DNA from: a virus
Virus record (IMG/VR): IMGVR_UViG_3300042937_001707
Coordinates: 1 to 64,000 of that record
Length of the DNA: 64,000 nucleotides
Reading direction: 5' to 3' (one strand)
The notes below the pieces were generated by a model. That model searched no databases and was not told where the DNA came from. It saw only the letters and a program-made list of their open reading frames with translations. The translations under genes and the position numbers were made by a program. Positions 7,009 to 16,646 of the stretch are shown piece after piece; position 1 is the stretch's first letter; every line of letters begins with the position of its first letter.

Positions 7009-9660
7009 TACCAAAGCTGATGAAGAACCTTTTCTATATTGCATTTGGTGTAATACCGAATCTCTAACGTCCATTTTAGATATACCACCAGCTGCAAAAT
7101 CGTCTCCGCCGCCATTTCCACCGCTCACAGGAGCATTGACGTTTATATTTGGCGCTTGAGATTCTTGTGGGGCTTTTATTGCTTCCATTTTCGATTCTTT
7201 AAGCGATTCATTATTTTTTGTGGTTTCTTCTAATCGTTTTCCGGATAATTCTTCTTTAACGTTTGGTTGTAGATTTGCTGTTTCTTCTGGTCTGAAGAAC
7301 TCCGTAGCCTTTCTAACTATTTTTTCGTCAATAGTTTCTTCTGGTCTGGAGGAATCAGTAGCCTTTCTAACTATTTTTTCGTCAATAGTTTCTTCTGGTC
7401 TGAAGAACTCCGTAGCCTTTCTAACTATTTTTTCGTCAATAGTTTCTTCTGGTCTGGAGGAATCAGTAGCCTTTCTAACTATTTTTTCGTCAATAGTTTC
7501 TTCTGGTTTCTTGAGTTTCCTTAACCTAGAATTATCAAAACCTTCAACTCCAGCAAAAGTGAATCCTTCTCCTATAGCAGACAATCCTTGATATAAACCC
7601 TCATCAACCACTGATTTAATATTTCCGGGTTTTGTAATATTTTCAAGAGTAGAACCAAAAGCGTCTTTTAGAGTATCGACCAAAGTTTTTTCTTTTGGTT
7701 GTTCTTCTGTATCTGTTTGTTGTCCTTTTGGCTTTGCTGCATCTCCAGTACTTGGGGTTTCTTGAGCTAGTTCTGTTTCTGTAGAACCTATTGAATATTT
7801 TTTAAGAATTCCTTCTGCAGCGGAAATCCTTTGGGTCATATTTTCTTTCCCAGCTTTTTCGTATTCTTTCGTCCAAATTTCAGTTGCTTCTTTTGCGGAT
7901 TTTGCAGACTTTATGCCTTTATAAACATTTCCGTATTCTTTATGTTTTGTTTGTCCTGTTATTTCTTCGTAGATATATTCTAATTGTCCATTAAGGGTGT
8001 TCCACTTATCACCTTTTCTAGCTTTCAATTCTTTAAATCTAGGACCATCAACAGACCATTGAGCGATACCTCTCCCTGGACCACCACCTTTTTGTTTTTG
8101 GTTGGGATTGAAGGTGGGGCTTTCTATTTTTAAACTTCCAGTAATACCTGCTGCTTGTTCTTTTGTAAACCCTTTACTAACGAAAAAGTCAAAAACTTTC
8201 TTTTCGTTTGATTGTGTTGCTGTTTCTTTTGTTGCAGTTTCTTTTTTTAGCGAGGGGTCTTCTTGGACCTTTTCTGAAGTTTCTTCTTGTTCTTCTTCCT
8301 CTTCTATTTCTGACGGTACATTTTGTTGTTGTGCTGTGACACCTTTCTTTTTGATATCATCTGCAAGTTTTGGCGTTTCATTTTGCTGTACTGGAGTTGT
8401 TTGGGGTGTTTGAGGTAAACTAGGTTCTTTATATGCAGACTCACTTTCTTTTTCTGTTGGTCTTCTTATAGCGACCAATTCGTGATTTTTCTTTTTGGTA
8501 TTTCTTGTAGATCTTGTTACTCCGCCGCCACCTTTTGTACCTTGATTTCCTCCAATTATAGTAATCATGTTTCCGTCTAAAGAAACAACAAAACCGACGT
8601 GCCCCTTATTTTTATCTGTACCTCTATTAAATACAGCTATGTCTCCGGGTTTCGCGTCATTTAAATTTACTGCTTCTCCATAAGTTAAGAAACTTTTTGC
8701 ACTTTTTACTGATTTTGATTTTTTATATCCATTGGCAGATAAGACAGAATTAACGAATGTTGCGCACCAAGCTTCTGATATCCCAAAACCAGAACCCAAA
8801 TTTGTTTTAAAAAATGCTTCTAATTCTTTTTTGTTTGCCTTTTCTGTCATGCCCTCAAATTTTTCGGCAACTTGTACTAACCTTCCAGTAGGTGTTGTTC
8901 CTGCTCCTGGAGAAGTTTGTTGGGAGCGAGTTTCTGTTTGGGTCCCTGTTGTTGGGGTTGTACCTGTTCCGGTTTGTTCTGCGGTTCTTTGTTCCTGGTT
9001 TTCTCCCTCTTCTTCAAACTCTAAACCTAATGTATCTTTTGCGAATTTCTTCGCCTTTTCCCAAGGAGAGTTATTCATCTCTCTATCATCCAACCAATCT
9101 ATCGCTTTATAGATTCCAGCACCGGCAGCACCAAATAAAAACCCTTTTAGAAGTTTTGGTAATAATGACCCTAATAAACTTCCCAAAAATCCTTTACCAG
9201 TTCCGAACGTTCCTCCTATACCAACACCTTCGGACAATTTTAGAATTCCATTATTCATGGACTCAAAAATTTTATAGAATTTTTCTAGGTTTTCTTTTCC
9301 TATCCCAATCCCACCTGCGGTTTTAGTAACTTCAATGTCCTTTGCTTTTGATTCTAGAAGGTTTTGTGTTACTTGTTGACTCGTTGATGTCGTTTCGATA
9401 TAACGTAAAATGTTATTGTTTAAATCGAATAGAAGCCCTTTAATGTTTTCCAATGCCCTTACCATTGCTTCTCCAAAATAATTCGAAGAATTCTCTTTTG
9501 TTGCAGTAGCGTTGGAAGTAACGTTTTGATTGAGGTTTATGGCTCCATAATTTACTAATTGGAGTTTTCCCGATTGAACCAATGACGTTAATATTTGCGA
9601 TTTATCGTCTAAGGATAAATTCCCAATAGCATTTTTGTTGTTTAGTGCTGGTAACGCCAT
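7006..9660 (-). CDS. Tape-measure/baseplate hub (gp29-like) protein with TIGR02594-type (NlpC/P60-like) and phage tail lysozyme domains
   Basis: AWCA.FVN..GD..VF.R..GHVGFV..GGNQ and QAAGI.G....ES..G.GIAQW motifs; lies downstream of gp26/gp51. Confidence 0.7.
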   Translation of the reverse strand: MALPALNNKNAIGNLSLDDKSQILTSLVQSGKLQLVNYGAINLNQNVTSNATATKENSSNYFGEAMVRALENIKGLLFDLNNNILRYIETTSTSQQVTQNLLESKAKDIEVTKTAGGIGIGKENLEKFYKIFESMNNGILKLSEGVGIGGTFGTGKGFLGSLLGSLLPKLLKGFLFGAAGAGIYKAIDWLDDREMNNSPWEKAKKFAKDTLGLEFEEEGENQEQRTAEQTGTGTTPTTGTQTETRSQQTSPGAGTTPTGRLVQVAEKFEGMTEKANKKELEAFFKTNLGSGFGISEAWCATFVNSVLSANGYKKSKSVKSAKSFLTYGEAVNLNDAKPGDIAVFNRGTDKNKGHVGFVVSLDGNMITIIGGNQGTKGGGGVTRSTRNTKKKNHELVAIRRPTEKESESAYKEPSLPQTPQTTPVQQNETPKLADDIKKKGVTAQQQNVPSEIEEEEEQEETSEKVQEDPSLKKETATKETATQSNEKKVFDFFVSKGFTKEQAAGITGSLKIESPTFNPNQKQKGGGPGRGIAQWSVDGPRFKELKARKGDKWNTLNGQLEYIYEEITGQTKHKEYGNVYKGIKSAKSAKEATEIWTKEYEKAGKENMTQRISAAEGILKKYSIGSTETELAQETPSTGDAAKPKGQQTDTEEQPKEKTLVDTLKDAFGSTLENITKPGNIKSVVDEGLYQGLSAIGEGFTFAGVEGFDNSRLRKLKKPEETIDEKIVRKATDSSRPEETIDEKIVRKATEFFRPEETIDEKIVRKATDSSRPEETIDEKIVRKATEFFRPEETANLQPNVKEELSGKRLEETTKNNESLKESKMEAIKAPQESQAPNINVNAPVSGGNGGGDDFAAGGISKMDVRDSVLHQMQYRKGSSSALV
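7280..7507. repeat. 54-bp in-frame tandem repeat x4 (ABAB)
   Basis: Encodes PEETIDEKIVRKAT(DSS/EFF)R four times with alternating variants. Confidence 0.95.
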
Positions 9661-9661
9661 T

Positions 9662-9793
9662 TTAGTTCCTATTTTGACTTAGTTTTTCGTTTTCTTCGTT
9701 AATATGTTGTAATAATAAATTCAAAAACACTTCTCTTTCCCACGGGATCATATTTTCTAGTTCAGATAAACTATATTTGTGATGTTGCATCAT
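9662..9793 (-). CDS. gp51: Baseplate hub assembly protein gp51-like (not in ORF track; frame open back to the gp26 slippery site)
   Basis: Translates as MMQHHKYSLSELENMIPWEREVFLNLL..., with in-frame upstream LSHDNLENYYKTNFA. Confidence 0.8.
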   Translation of the reverse strand: MMQHHKYSLSELENMIPWEREVFLNLLLQHINEENEKLSQNRN

Positions 9794-9840
9794 TGCAAAA
9801 TTTGTTTTATAATAGTTTTCCAAATTATCATGAGAAAGAG

Positions 9841-10560
9841 TTACCCTAAAAAATTATCAAGACCTACAATATCAATATCGTGTACAAACCCACATTTAGA
9901 ACATTTTACCGTTAGGGTTTCTTTTAATACTGGTAAATTGCTGAAAAATTCTTCTACCTTTTTAAATTGATCAATAGACATAGATTCTAAAAATTCTAAT
10001 ACCTCTGATTTTGGCGTTTCGTTTTTGTAATAGAAATTTTGTTCGTCGAATATGTAATCTAATGAGTTATAAATTACCTCTAATGTTAGGGTAACGGCGT
10101 CAGTAATTTCAGTATTCAATTTAGACAATTCTGCAATATCAGGATATTTCATTTTAAACCCAACACTATCCGTTAATCGAATTATGTCGTTATTTTCTTT
10201 TTTGTCTACAGAAACTTCTAATAGGTTTATAGAAACCGGCATTAAGTTCCCGCAAATATTTTCTTCTATTTTATTATTGCATCTATATTTTGTTTCTACA
10301 ATTTCTCCAATAGACCTTGCTCTAAGTTGTAGGAAAAAGTATTCTATGTCTATTTGATTGAGTTTGTTAACGTCAATATCTGAGGTACAACAATTTTTTA
10401 TTATTTGTTTAATATTATTTAAAGCGAATTCTGCGTCTTCAGATTGTTTTGCTAGTAATAGAATTTTTTGTTCTTTTACTAGGAAAGGTCTAAACATAAC
10501 CGTTTGATTTGAAATTGGTAATGTCGTTTCATACAAAGGACTTTCGATTTTTGGTAACAT
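9841..10560 (-). CDS. gp26: Baseplate hub subunit/chaperone gp26
   Basis: LP.I..P.Y, FRPFLVKE.KILL, D.EY.FL.LRARS.GE and C..CG motifs. Confidence 0.9.
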   Translation of the reverse strand: MLPKIESPLYETTLPISNQTVMFRPFLVKEQKILLLAKQSEDAEFALNNIKQIIKNCCTSDIDVNKLNQIDIEYFFLQLRARSIGEIVETKYRCNNKIEENICGNLMPVSINLLEVSVDKKENNDIIRLTDSVGFKMKYPDIAELSKLNTEITDAVTLTLEVIYNSLDYIFDEQNFYYKNETPKSEVLEFLESMSIDQFKKVEEFFSNLPVLKETLTVKCSKCGFVHDIDIVGLDNFLG

Positions 10561-10574
10561 AATTTACTCCATGA

Positions 10575-11252
10575 TTAAAATACTGGGAATGGTATAGATC
10601 CACCTAAAGGAATTGCTGCGTTGTAGTATGTGTATGCAAAAGTTACTGTTAGTTTATGTATTGCGTTACCATTTTCCCAAGAAAGGGGCATTTCGTTTAA
10701 AGATATTGGAAATGCGTGAAACAAACCAACCCAATACGATGGGTCGTTTTTTACGTTATATTGCGTGATTAATATAAATGCTTCGTATTGATTTTTATAT
10801 TTAAAATCGTAGTTTACTACTGGACCGTCAGTAAATAGACCAACAACGTCTTCTATTCCTATTTGGAATGGGAAAAAAGACGCGTTTGAAATATAATTCA
10901 TCCAATATTCAAAAATCCAACGTTCAATCATATTGTCTGAGCAAATAAAAGTTAGGTTTATTTTGTTATATGAATTTTGTATTGGGTGTAGGATTTCTGG
11001 ACCGTATAACTTTTGCGTAACCGCAGAAAATGTCCTTGATGGTAATTCTGCCGCTTCGCAGTGAAATTTCATTTTTTTCCAAGCAGAAGCTGGGTCTTCT
11101 CCGTCAAGACCTGCAGCCGCCATCAAATCCAAAGCAAAAACCGGATTTGTTGGGGTGATCATAACGTCAAAGTTACAGGGTCTTGCTACTTCCGTTTTAG
11201 AGAAAGTTTCAAGAAAATTTCTTATATCTGAGTTATATTTTATTTCGCTCAT
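10575..11252 (-). CDS. Tail tube initiator (gp54/gp19-like)
   Basis: CE.AELP.R, I.LTF, FE.W, AFP.S...M.LSW and LTVTFAY tube-fold motifs. Confidence 0.7.
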   Translation of the reverse strand: MSEIKYNSDIRNFLETFSKTEVARPCNFDVMITPTNPVFALDLMAAAGLDGEDPASAWKKMKFHCEAAELPSRTFSAVTQKLYGPEILHPIQNSYNKINLTFICSDNMIERWIFEYWMNYISNASFFPFQIGIEDVVGLFTDGPVVNYDFKYKNQYEAFILITQYNVKNDPSYWVGLFHAFPISLNEMPLSWENGNAIHKLTVTFAYTYYNAAIPLGGSIPFPVF

Positions 11253-11992
11253 CTTTTATATTTCTTCCAAACTTTTGAATTTGATTGTTTTTGCATATCT
11301 GCTACTGGTAGGTTTGCGGCAAATAACCATTCGTGCGCTTCTACTGGCAGTATCCTACTTTTAACATTAGATTTAAGATACAGTTTAATACAATATTCTT
11401 TTAAATCTTTATAATTTTTAGACCTTTTAATGATCTCATAACTTATATTAGAAACTAACATATCGTTCTCTTTTATGTATTGAGATTTGCTTGCTATTTC
11501 TGCTATAATCAAAGATCTAACTTCATAGGGTAAATAGTGTATATTCACCCCAAGAAAATGCGAACCTTTATTTTCTAATAAAATTATCAGGGGAAATTTA
11601 TCCCAATAAGGCAATGTATCTTTATATTTTGCGTCATAAGAAAAGAAAAACATTCCTCCCGGATAAAAAACCTTTTTCTTTATTATTTTGTCCAGTTCTG
11701 GAGCGTTAGATTTTAAAGCCTTTACTTTTAAATTTAACCAACCCATCGATTGACTCGCTAGAGCAGATCTTTCTGCTGGAGAAGCGTTTTTAAACCTCTC
11801 ATACATAGAAGGTAATTTTCTTTGTTTAAAGAACGCTTCATTTAATTCTTCTTGGTTTGTTGCATACCTTCCTGGAGAATTTGTAAATGTTAATTCTGCC
11901 CAAGCGCCAACCCCCATAAAAAACGGGTTGAAAATATATTTTTTGCCTTTTAATTCAACAACATGCCATTCCGAATATTTTGTATTGTCCAT
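11249..11992 (-). CDS. gp2: DNA end protector protein gp2
   Basis: F.YDAK.K..LPYWD.FPL and G.N.HYLP motifs; adjacent to gp4. Confidence 0.85.
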   Translation of the reverse strand: MDNTKYSEWHVVELKGKKYIFNPFFMGVGAWAELTFTNSPGRYATNQEELNEAFFKQRKLPSMYERFKNASPAERSALASQSMGWLNLKVKALKSNAPELDKIIKKKVFYPGGMFFFSYDAKYKDTLPYWDKFPLIILLENKGSHFLGVNIHYLPYEVRSLIIAEIASKSQYIKENDMLVSNISYEIIKRSKNYKDLKEYCIKLYLKSNVKSRILPVEAHEWLFAANLPVADMQKQSNSKVWKKYKR

Positions 11993-12009
11993 GGACTATT
12001 TATTGAATA

Positions 12010-12447
12010 TTAAAAGATGTCTTTTTCTGTAAGAAGTTTAAACGTCCAACCCCTATGTCTGCAATATTCTTTTGCTGCCGCCCATTTAGCAGAATTTACT
12101 CCCCAAGTACAAACTTCGTTAATATACGTTTTGGTTACTCTTTTCTTTATTTTTGGTTCTATAGTTTGAGCATAAGGTTTTACTTCTATGACATAAGTTT
12201 CTATAGAACCGTCTAATTTTTTAACTTTTGCTAATATATCTGGAAAGTATCTGTGTTGTCTGTTGTCTACTGGAGAAATATAATTTATTACCAATTCTTC
12301 AGAACCCCAAGATAAAACGTTTTCGTTTTTATCCAACCACTTAAAAACTCTCAGCTCCCAGGAAGAGCGATAAATTACGTTATGAGGGTCTCCATGATAT
12401 TTTTCTGGATTCTTTAATTTATAAATACCCTGTTTGTAATTAGACAT
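12010..12447 (-). CDS. gp4: Head completion nuclease gp4
   Basis: NP.KY.GD...V.YRSSWE, HRYFPD, IEVKP and N.AKW.AA motifs. Confidence 0.92.
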   Translation of the reverse strand: MSNYKQGIYKLKNPEKYHGDPHNVIYRSSWELRVFKWLDKNENVLSWGSEELVINYISPVDNRQHRYFPDILAKVKKLDGSIETYVIEVKPYAQTIEPKIKKRVTKTYINEVCTWGVNSAKWAAAKEYCRHRGWTFKLLTEKDIF

Positions 12448-12458
12448 CTAAAGTTCAA

Positions 12459-12466
12459 TATAAATA
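12459..12466 (+). promoter_or_regulatory. Late promoter of the baseplate operon
   Basis: TATAAATA in the divergent gp4/gp48 gap; ACTAAATA variant on the minus strand at 12471-12478. Confidence 0.7.
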
Positions 12467-12497
12467 ATATTATTTAGTAGATTCGTAGGAATTTCTT

Positions 12498-13523
12498 ATG
12501 GCAATGCCTTCATTTTTAGCTGCAAATCCTCTAGCTTCTTTAGACCCAGAAACTTTGATCCTAGAAGGTTTAGAAGCGTTTAGTCCTGGGGGTGTGTTTC
12601 CCAGTAGAAATGTTGGTATGTATGACTTTATATCGTTAAAATATCCAGAAGATATAGAACATTATTTTATGCATGGGCATTATATAAATTTTTACGTGAA
12701 CGCTCCAGTTTGGGGTAAATATTGGGAAAAAGACGGAAAAACAGGAATTTCTTCTTATTCTTATGAAGGTATGCCAGAAGTTGGTGGTTTACTTGGTTCT
12801 ATCGGTATTACTTCGAACGGATATTCTATAAAGGAAGTTGAACGCGACGGGACTCCAATCAAAGACCCAACTTCTGCTGCTGGCGCTGTAAACCATATTA
12901 GAACCCAAAGGATATCCCAAGCGATTTCGCTTTATATTCCAGATACTATGTCGTATAGTTCGCAAATACAATACGAACACACTTCCGCTAGACAAATGGG
13001 CGCTTCTTTGTTAAATTCTTTGGATAAAACCCTTTCTGGTTATCTTAGTAAGGTAACTAACAGTAAATTGGTTCAAGGTATTTCTGGCGCTATGAACCTT
13101 TTGGAAAACCTTGGTAAAATTGGTGGAGTCACTGTAAACGATCAAATGTTGGTTCTTTTTAGGCAAGTTGGTTTGCGAGAATTCTCATACGATTTTTTCT
13201 TCACCCCAAAAAGTCCAAAAGAAGCAGAGTCAGTACAGCAAATAATAAGAGCGTTTAGGTTTCATGCTCATCCGGAGGCAGTATTAGATTATGGTTTATT
13301 TTATATTGCTCCTGGAACTTTTGATATAGAGTTTATGCACAGGGGTTCTAGAAACACTAAAATACATCAAGTTTCCACTTGCGTTCTTACTGGGTATGAC
13401 GTGGATTACGCTCCAACGGGTTGGTCAACCCACGTAGATGGTATGCCCATACAAACAAGAATGTCTTTACATTTTACTGAGACTCAGGTTGTGACTAAGC
13501 AAGATATTGAAGCAGGTTACTAA
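12498..13523 (+). CDS. gp48: Baseplate tail tube cap gp48
   Basis: YP.D, I.LY.P, R.F...F.F.PKS..E...V..II..F and CVL....VDY motifs. Confidence 0.8.
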   Translation: MAMPSFLAANPLASLDPETLILEGLEAFSPGGVFPSRNVGMYDFISLKYPEDIEHYFMHGHYINFYVNAPVWGKYWEKDGKTGISSYSYEGMPEVGGLLGSIGITSNGYSIKEVERDGTPIKDPTSAAGAVNHIRTQRISQAISLYIPDTMSYSSQIQYEHTSARQMGASLLNSLDKTLSGYLSKVTNSKLVQGISGAMNLLENLGKIGGVTVNDQMLVLFRQVGLREFSYDFFFTPKSPKEAESVQQIIRAFRFHAHPEAVLDYGLFYIAPGTFDIEFMHRGSRNTKIHQVSTCVLTGYDVDYAPTGWSTHVDGMPIQTRMSLHFTETQVVTKQDIEAGY

Positions 13524-14366
13524 ATGTCAAATTTCTTTTATTTTTACCCTAGTATTGTTTACAATAAACAAATAGTTACAGACCTGCTTGTTAGAGCAAA
13601 GGTTAGGGAATCTTGGTTAAATGATCCAAGAATATATTACAATTATAAGTATAAGGATTCTGATAGACCAGAACACTTAGCGCACAAGTATTACGGAGAA
13701 GAAGAATTACACTGGGTTATTCTATTCACGAATAATATTTTTGATGCGAATTGGGATTTCCCAATAGATTATTATACTTTCAACAAATATATTGAAGACA
13801 AATATAAAGAACAAGGGTCTATAGTTAACAAAACTGGATTGGCATACGCCCAAACAACCCCTGACCCGATATATAGATACCAAAAGACAGTTACTATAAC
13901 TACAAGCGAAGGGATATCTAAAAGAAATTATGTTATTGACGAAAAGTCGTACAGAGAACTAGAATTTACCAATACTTATTCTACTGGAACCCCTTATACA
14001 ATTTATGCGGAATCGGAATTAAATTCTTACCAATTAACACTTAATGCTGGCTCCGTATTAAATGTTGGGGATATATTAATCGGTAATGAGTTTATACCAA
14101 ATTTTGCTAAAGTTGAATCTATTGATTCTGCGAACAGTTTATTTAATATAACTATACCAGCAAAAAGTAGTGAAACTAATGGGAAAATATTTATCTATAA
14201 TTCGCAATCTAATTATAGTATATATGAAGTTTCAAAAAAATACCCAGAAATAACTATCTATGATAGAGAAATGGAAATAAATGAATCTAAAAGAAACGTT
14301 AAAATTTTAGATAAAAATTACATACGAAAGGCTCAAGAAGAATTTCAACGATTGATTAAACAATAA
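13524..14366 (+). CDS. gp53: Baseplate wedge subunit gp53
   Basis: D.DRPE.LA.KYYG....HWVIL..N LysM-like motif; E...NE.KR.VKIL. Confidence 0.85.
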   Translation: MSNFFYFYPSIVYNKQIVTDLLVRAKVRESWLNDPRIYYNYKYKDSDRPEHLAHKYYGEEELHWVILFTNNIFDANWDFPIDYYTFNKYIEDKYKEQGSIVNKTGLAYAQTTPDPIYRYQKTVTITTSEGISKRNYVIDEKSYRELEFTNTYSTGTPYTIYAESELNSYQLTLNAGSVLNVGDILIGNEFIPNFAKVESIDSANSLFNITIPAKSSETNGKIFIYNSQSNYSIYEVSKKYPEITIYDREMEINESKRNVKILDKNYIRKAQEEFQRLIKQ

Positions 14367-14368
14367 TT

Positions 14369-15865
14369 ATGGCAGAAATTACAGATAACGCAGTAACTCA
14401 ACTTAATGGTTTAGAATTATATAAGTGTCAGATTTTATCTGCAGAAAATAAAATCATAGACTTAAAACCAACTTTGGTTGAAATTAACTATTTTGAGGAT
14501 ATATTTTCTAACGCCACTTCTGGTAATATAGTTTTAAACGACTCTGGTGGTTTGCATAACGCTTATTCTTGGTGCGGCGACGAGTTTGTACTTTTGGAAT
14601 TCGACAAACCCGGAAATTTAGATAAAAATAAACGGTTTCGTGGGATGTTTAGAATATTTAAAACTCAAGGAAGGCACTTAACTGGAAGAGAATTTAACGA
14701 AACCTTCGTATTACATTTTTGTTGCGAAGAAGAATTCCTTTCAAATCGGATGCAGTTAAATAAATCTTATAAACAAATGAGAATATCTGATATCGTAAAA
14801 GATATCGCTTTAAATGTTTTGAAAATTCCAAAAGATAAATTTCCAGACGCTAATATTGAACCCACTTTTGGTAAGTATGATATAGTAATTCCGAATATGA
14901 GACCCCTTGAAGCTGTTGCTTGGTTATGTACTATGGCGATTGCTGATAATAGTTCTGGTTCTCATGGTGGTCCAGAAGGTGGTGCGACATACCTATTTTA
15001 TAAGAACAGGTATGGTTGGAATTTTAGATCCATACTATCAATATTTAATAATATCCCTAAATTTGAATATAAAAGCCCGTTCAAAAAAAGTAAAAACACT
15101 TCTGGGTATTGGTATGGTACTAAGAACCTTTCTCCAAAAGAAGATATGAATTTTGATTTCGACCCCTTTGAGCAGATTATATCATATCAAATTGTAGATA
15201 ATCACGACGCAATGGATATGATGCAAAGCGGGATGGTTTCAAATAAACTTATTGCTATTGATTATTTAAGAAGAACTCACGAAGAAAAGGTATTTGATTA
15301 TGAAAAATACTTTAATAATCATTTGGCAAAAAAAGTTGAAATGTATAAGACCTATAATAAAAACCCTATTCTTAGTAACGCAGAAGATAGATTTAAGAAA
15401 AAACATAACGAATATCAACCAGTAGTAAAAATTGCTCCATCAACGACAAACCAAAAAAATAATCCATATATAAAAGAAAGACAGCCAAATATACCTCAAA
15501 ATTTTGTTGAGAATACCATCCCGTACAGATTTGCTCAATTGGGGTTGATAAATTTCAATAGGTTAAAATTGCTTATATCCGGAGACCCATATATTGCCGT
15601 TGGTAACATAATTTATGTACATTTTCCGCAAGCAAAAGAAGAAAAAGGTACAAAACCTTTGGATAGGTTTTTGAAGGGTAGGTATTTGGTTTCTGCAGTT
15701 AGACAAAGGTTTGATCAAGGTGTTTATGAAACGGTTTTAGAATGCGTAAAAGACGCTTATTGTGGACAAGTAGAAGCGAGAACTAACGTTCAAGGATTAA
15801 AACCTTTTGACAATAGTAATAATGTTATAATACAGGTCCGTTCTGATAATTATAAATGGTGGTGA
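14369..15865 (+). CDS. Baseplate hub protein (gp27-like)
   Basis: INYFEDIF....SG and G.YLVSAVR..F motifs; located between gp53 and gp5. Confidence 0.65.
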   Translation: MAEITDNAVTQLNGLELYKCQILSAENKIIDLKPTLVEINYFEDIFSNATSGNIVLNDSGGLHNAYSWCGDEFVLLEFDKPGNLDKNKRFRGMFRIFKTQGRHLTGREFNETFVLHFCCEEEFLSNRMQLNKSYKQMRISDIVKDIALNVLKIPKDKFPDANIEPTFGKYDIVIPNMRPLEAVAWLCTMAIADNSSGSHGGPEGGATYLFYKNRYGWNFRSILSIFNNIPKFEYKSPFKKSKNTSGYWYGTKNLSPKEDMNFDFDPFEQIISYQIVDNHDAMDMMQSGMVSNKLIAIDYLRRTHEEKVFDYEKYFNNHLAKKVEMYKTYNKNPILSNAEDRFKKKHNEYQPVVKIAPSTTNQKNNPYIKERQPNIPQNFVENTIPYRFAQLGLINFNRLKLLISGDPYIAVGNIIYVHFPQAKEEKGTKPLDRFLKGRYLVSAVRQRFDQGVYETVLECVKDAYCGQVEARTNVQGLKPFDNSNNVIIQVRSDNYKWW

Positions 15866-15868
15866 TGC

Positions 15869-16636
15869 ATGGAAAAAACTAAAAATTTCCCTGGGATGGA
15901 TGGGTTTATTTGGTGGACTGGTATAGTAGAAGACCGTAAAGACCCTTTGAAAGTTGGTAGGGTTAGGGTTAGAATTTTTGGTTGGCATAAAGACGATAAA
16001 TCAAACGTTCCTTCTGACGGTTTATTATGGGCGCAACCTGTTATGTCGGCAAACGCATACCAAATTTCTCACGTACCAAAGGAAGGAGAAGTTTTGTTTG
16101 GGTTTTTTATGGATGGAGAATACGCGCAAGTACCGTTTTATATGGGGGTAATTCCAAATATACCAGAAATAAGGTATCCTAAGGAAAAAGGTTTTGCAGA
16201 CCCAGCAACAGAAGAAGAAATAAAACAAAGACCAAGAACATTGCATTCTGGACAAACGAGATATCCTGGAGACGGAGAATTAAATCAGCCAACAATTAGC
16301 AGGTCTGCTAGAAACGAAAATATGGATCAAACGCCATATGGTAAGTCTCATGGAGGGAAATATCCATATGTATTTTCAATACAAACTGAATCTGGGCATT
16401 ATTTGGATTTAGACGATACTCCAAACGCGGAAAGGGTTACTTTAATTCATAGAACTGGAAGTTTTATTTCTATAGATTCTGGAGGAAATATCACCATTTC
16501 GGGTAAAAATGTTAATATAATTGCGACTGGTTCCATAAATAATAAAGCTCCTGGCGGCATTAATGAAGATACTCCGAATCACAAAACTACAGGTACTCAC
16601 ACAGATGCTATTGGTATACACTATAGCGGGGGCTAA
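15869..16636 (+). CDS. gp5: Baseplate central spike gp5 (OB-fold plus short beta-helix, no lysozyme)
   Basis: W.G.VEDR.DPL..GRVRVRI.G.H, GFF.DG..AQ.P and YPY....TESGH....DDTP..ER....H..G motifs. Confidence 0.85.
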   Translation: MEKTKNFPGMDGFIWWTGIVEDRKDPLKVGRVRVRIFGWHKDDKSNVPSDGLLWAQPVMSANAYQISHVPKEGEVLFGFFMDGEYAQVPFYMGVIPNIPEIRYPKEKGFADPATEEEIKQRPRTLHSGQTRYPGDGELNQPTISRSARNENMDQTPYGKSHGGKYPYVFSIQTESGHYLDLDDTPNAERVTLIHRTGSFISIDSGGNITISGKNVNIIATGSINNKAPGGINEDTPNHKTTGTHTDAIGIHYSGG

Positions 16637-16646
16637 TAAATAATAC

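Noticed and set aside
7280-7507. Possible CRISPR array
   Set aside because: Contiguous in-frame coding repeats with no unique spacers; the Cas4-like exonuclease at 3993 is the usual stand-alone phage type.
7220-9326. Plus-strand ORFs opposite the 884-aa gene
   Set aside because: Antisense shadows with Ser/Phe/Val-biased composition.
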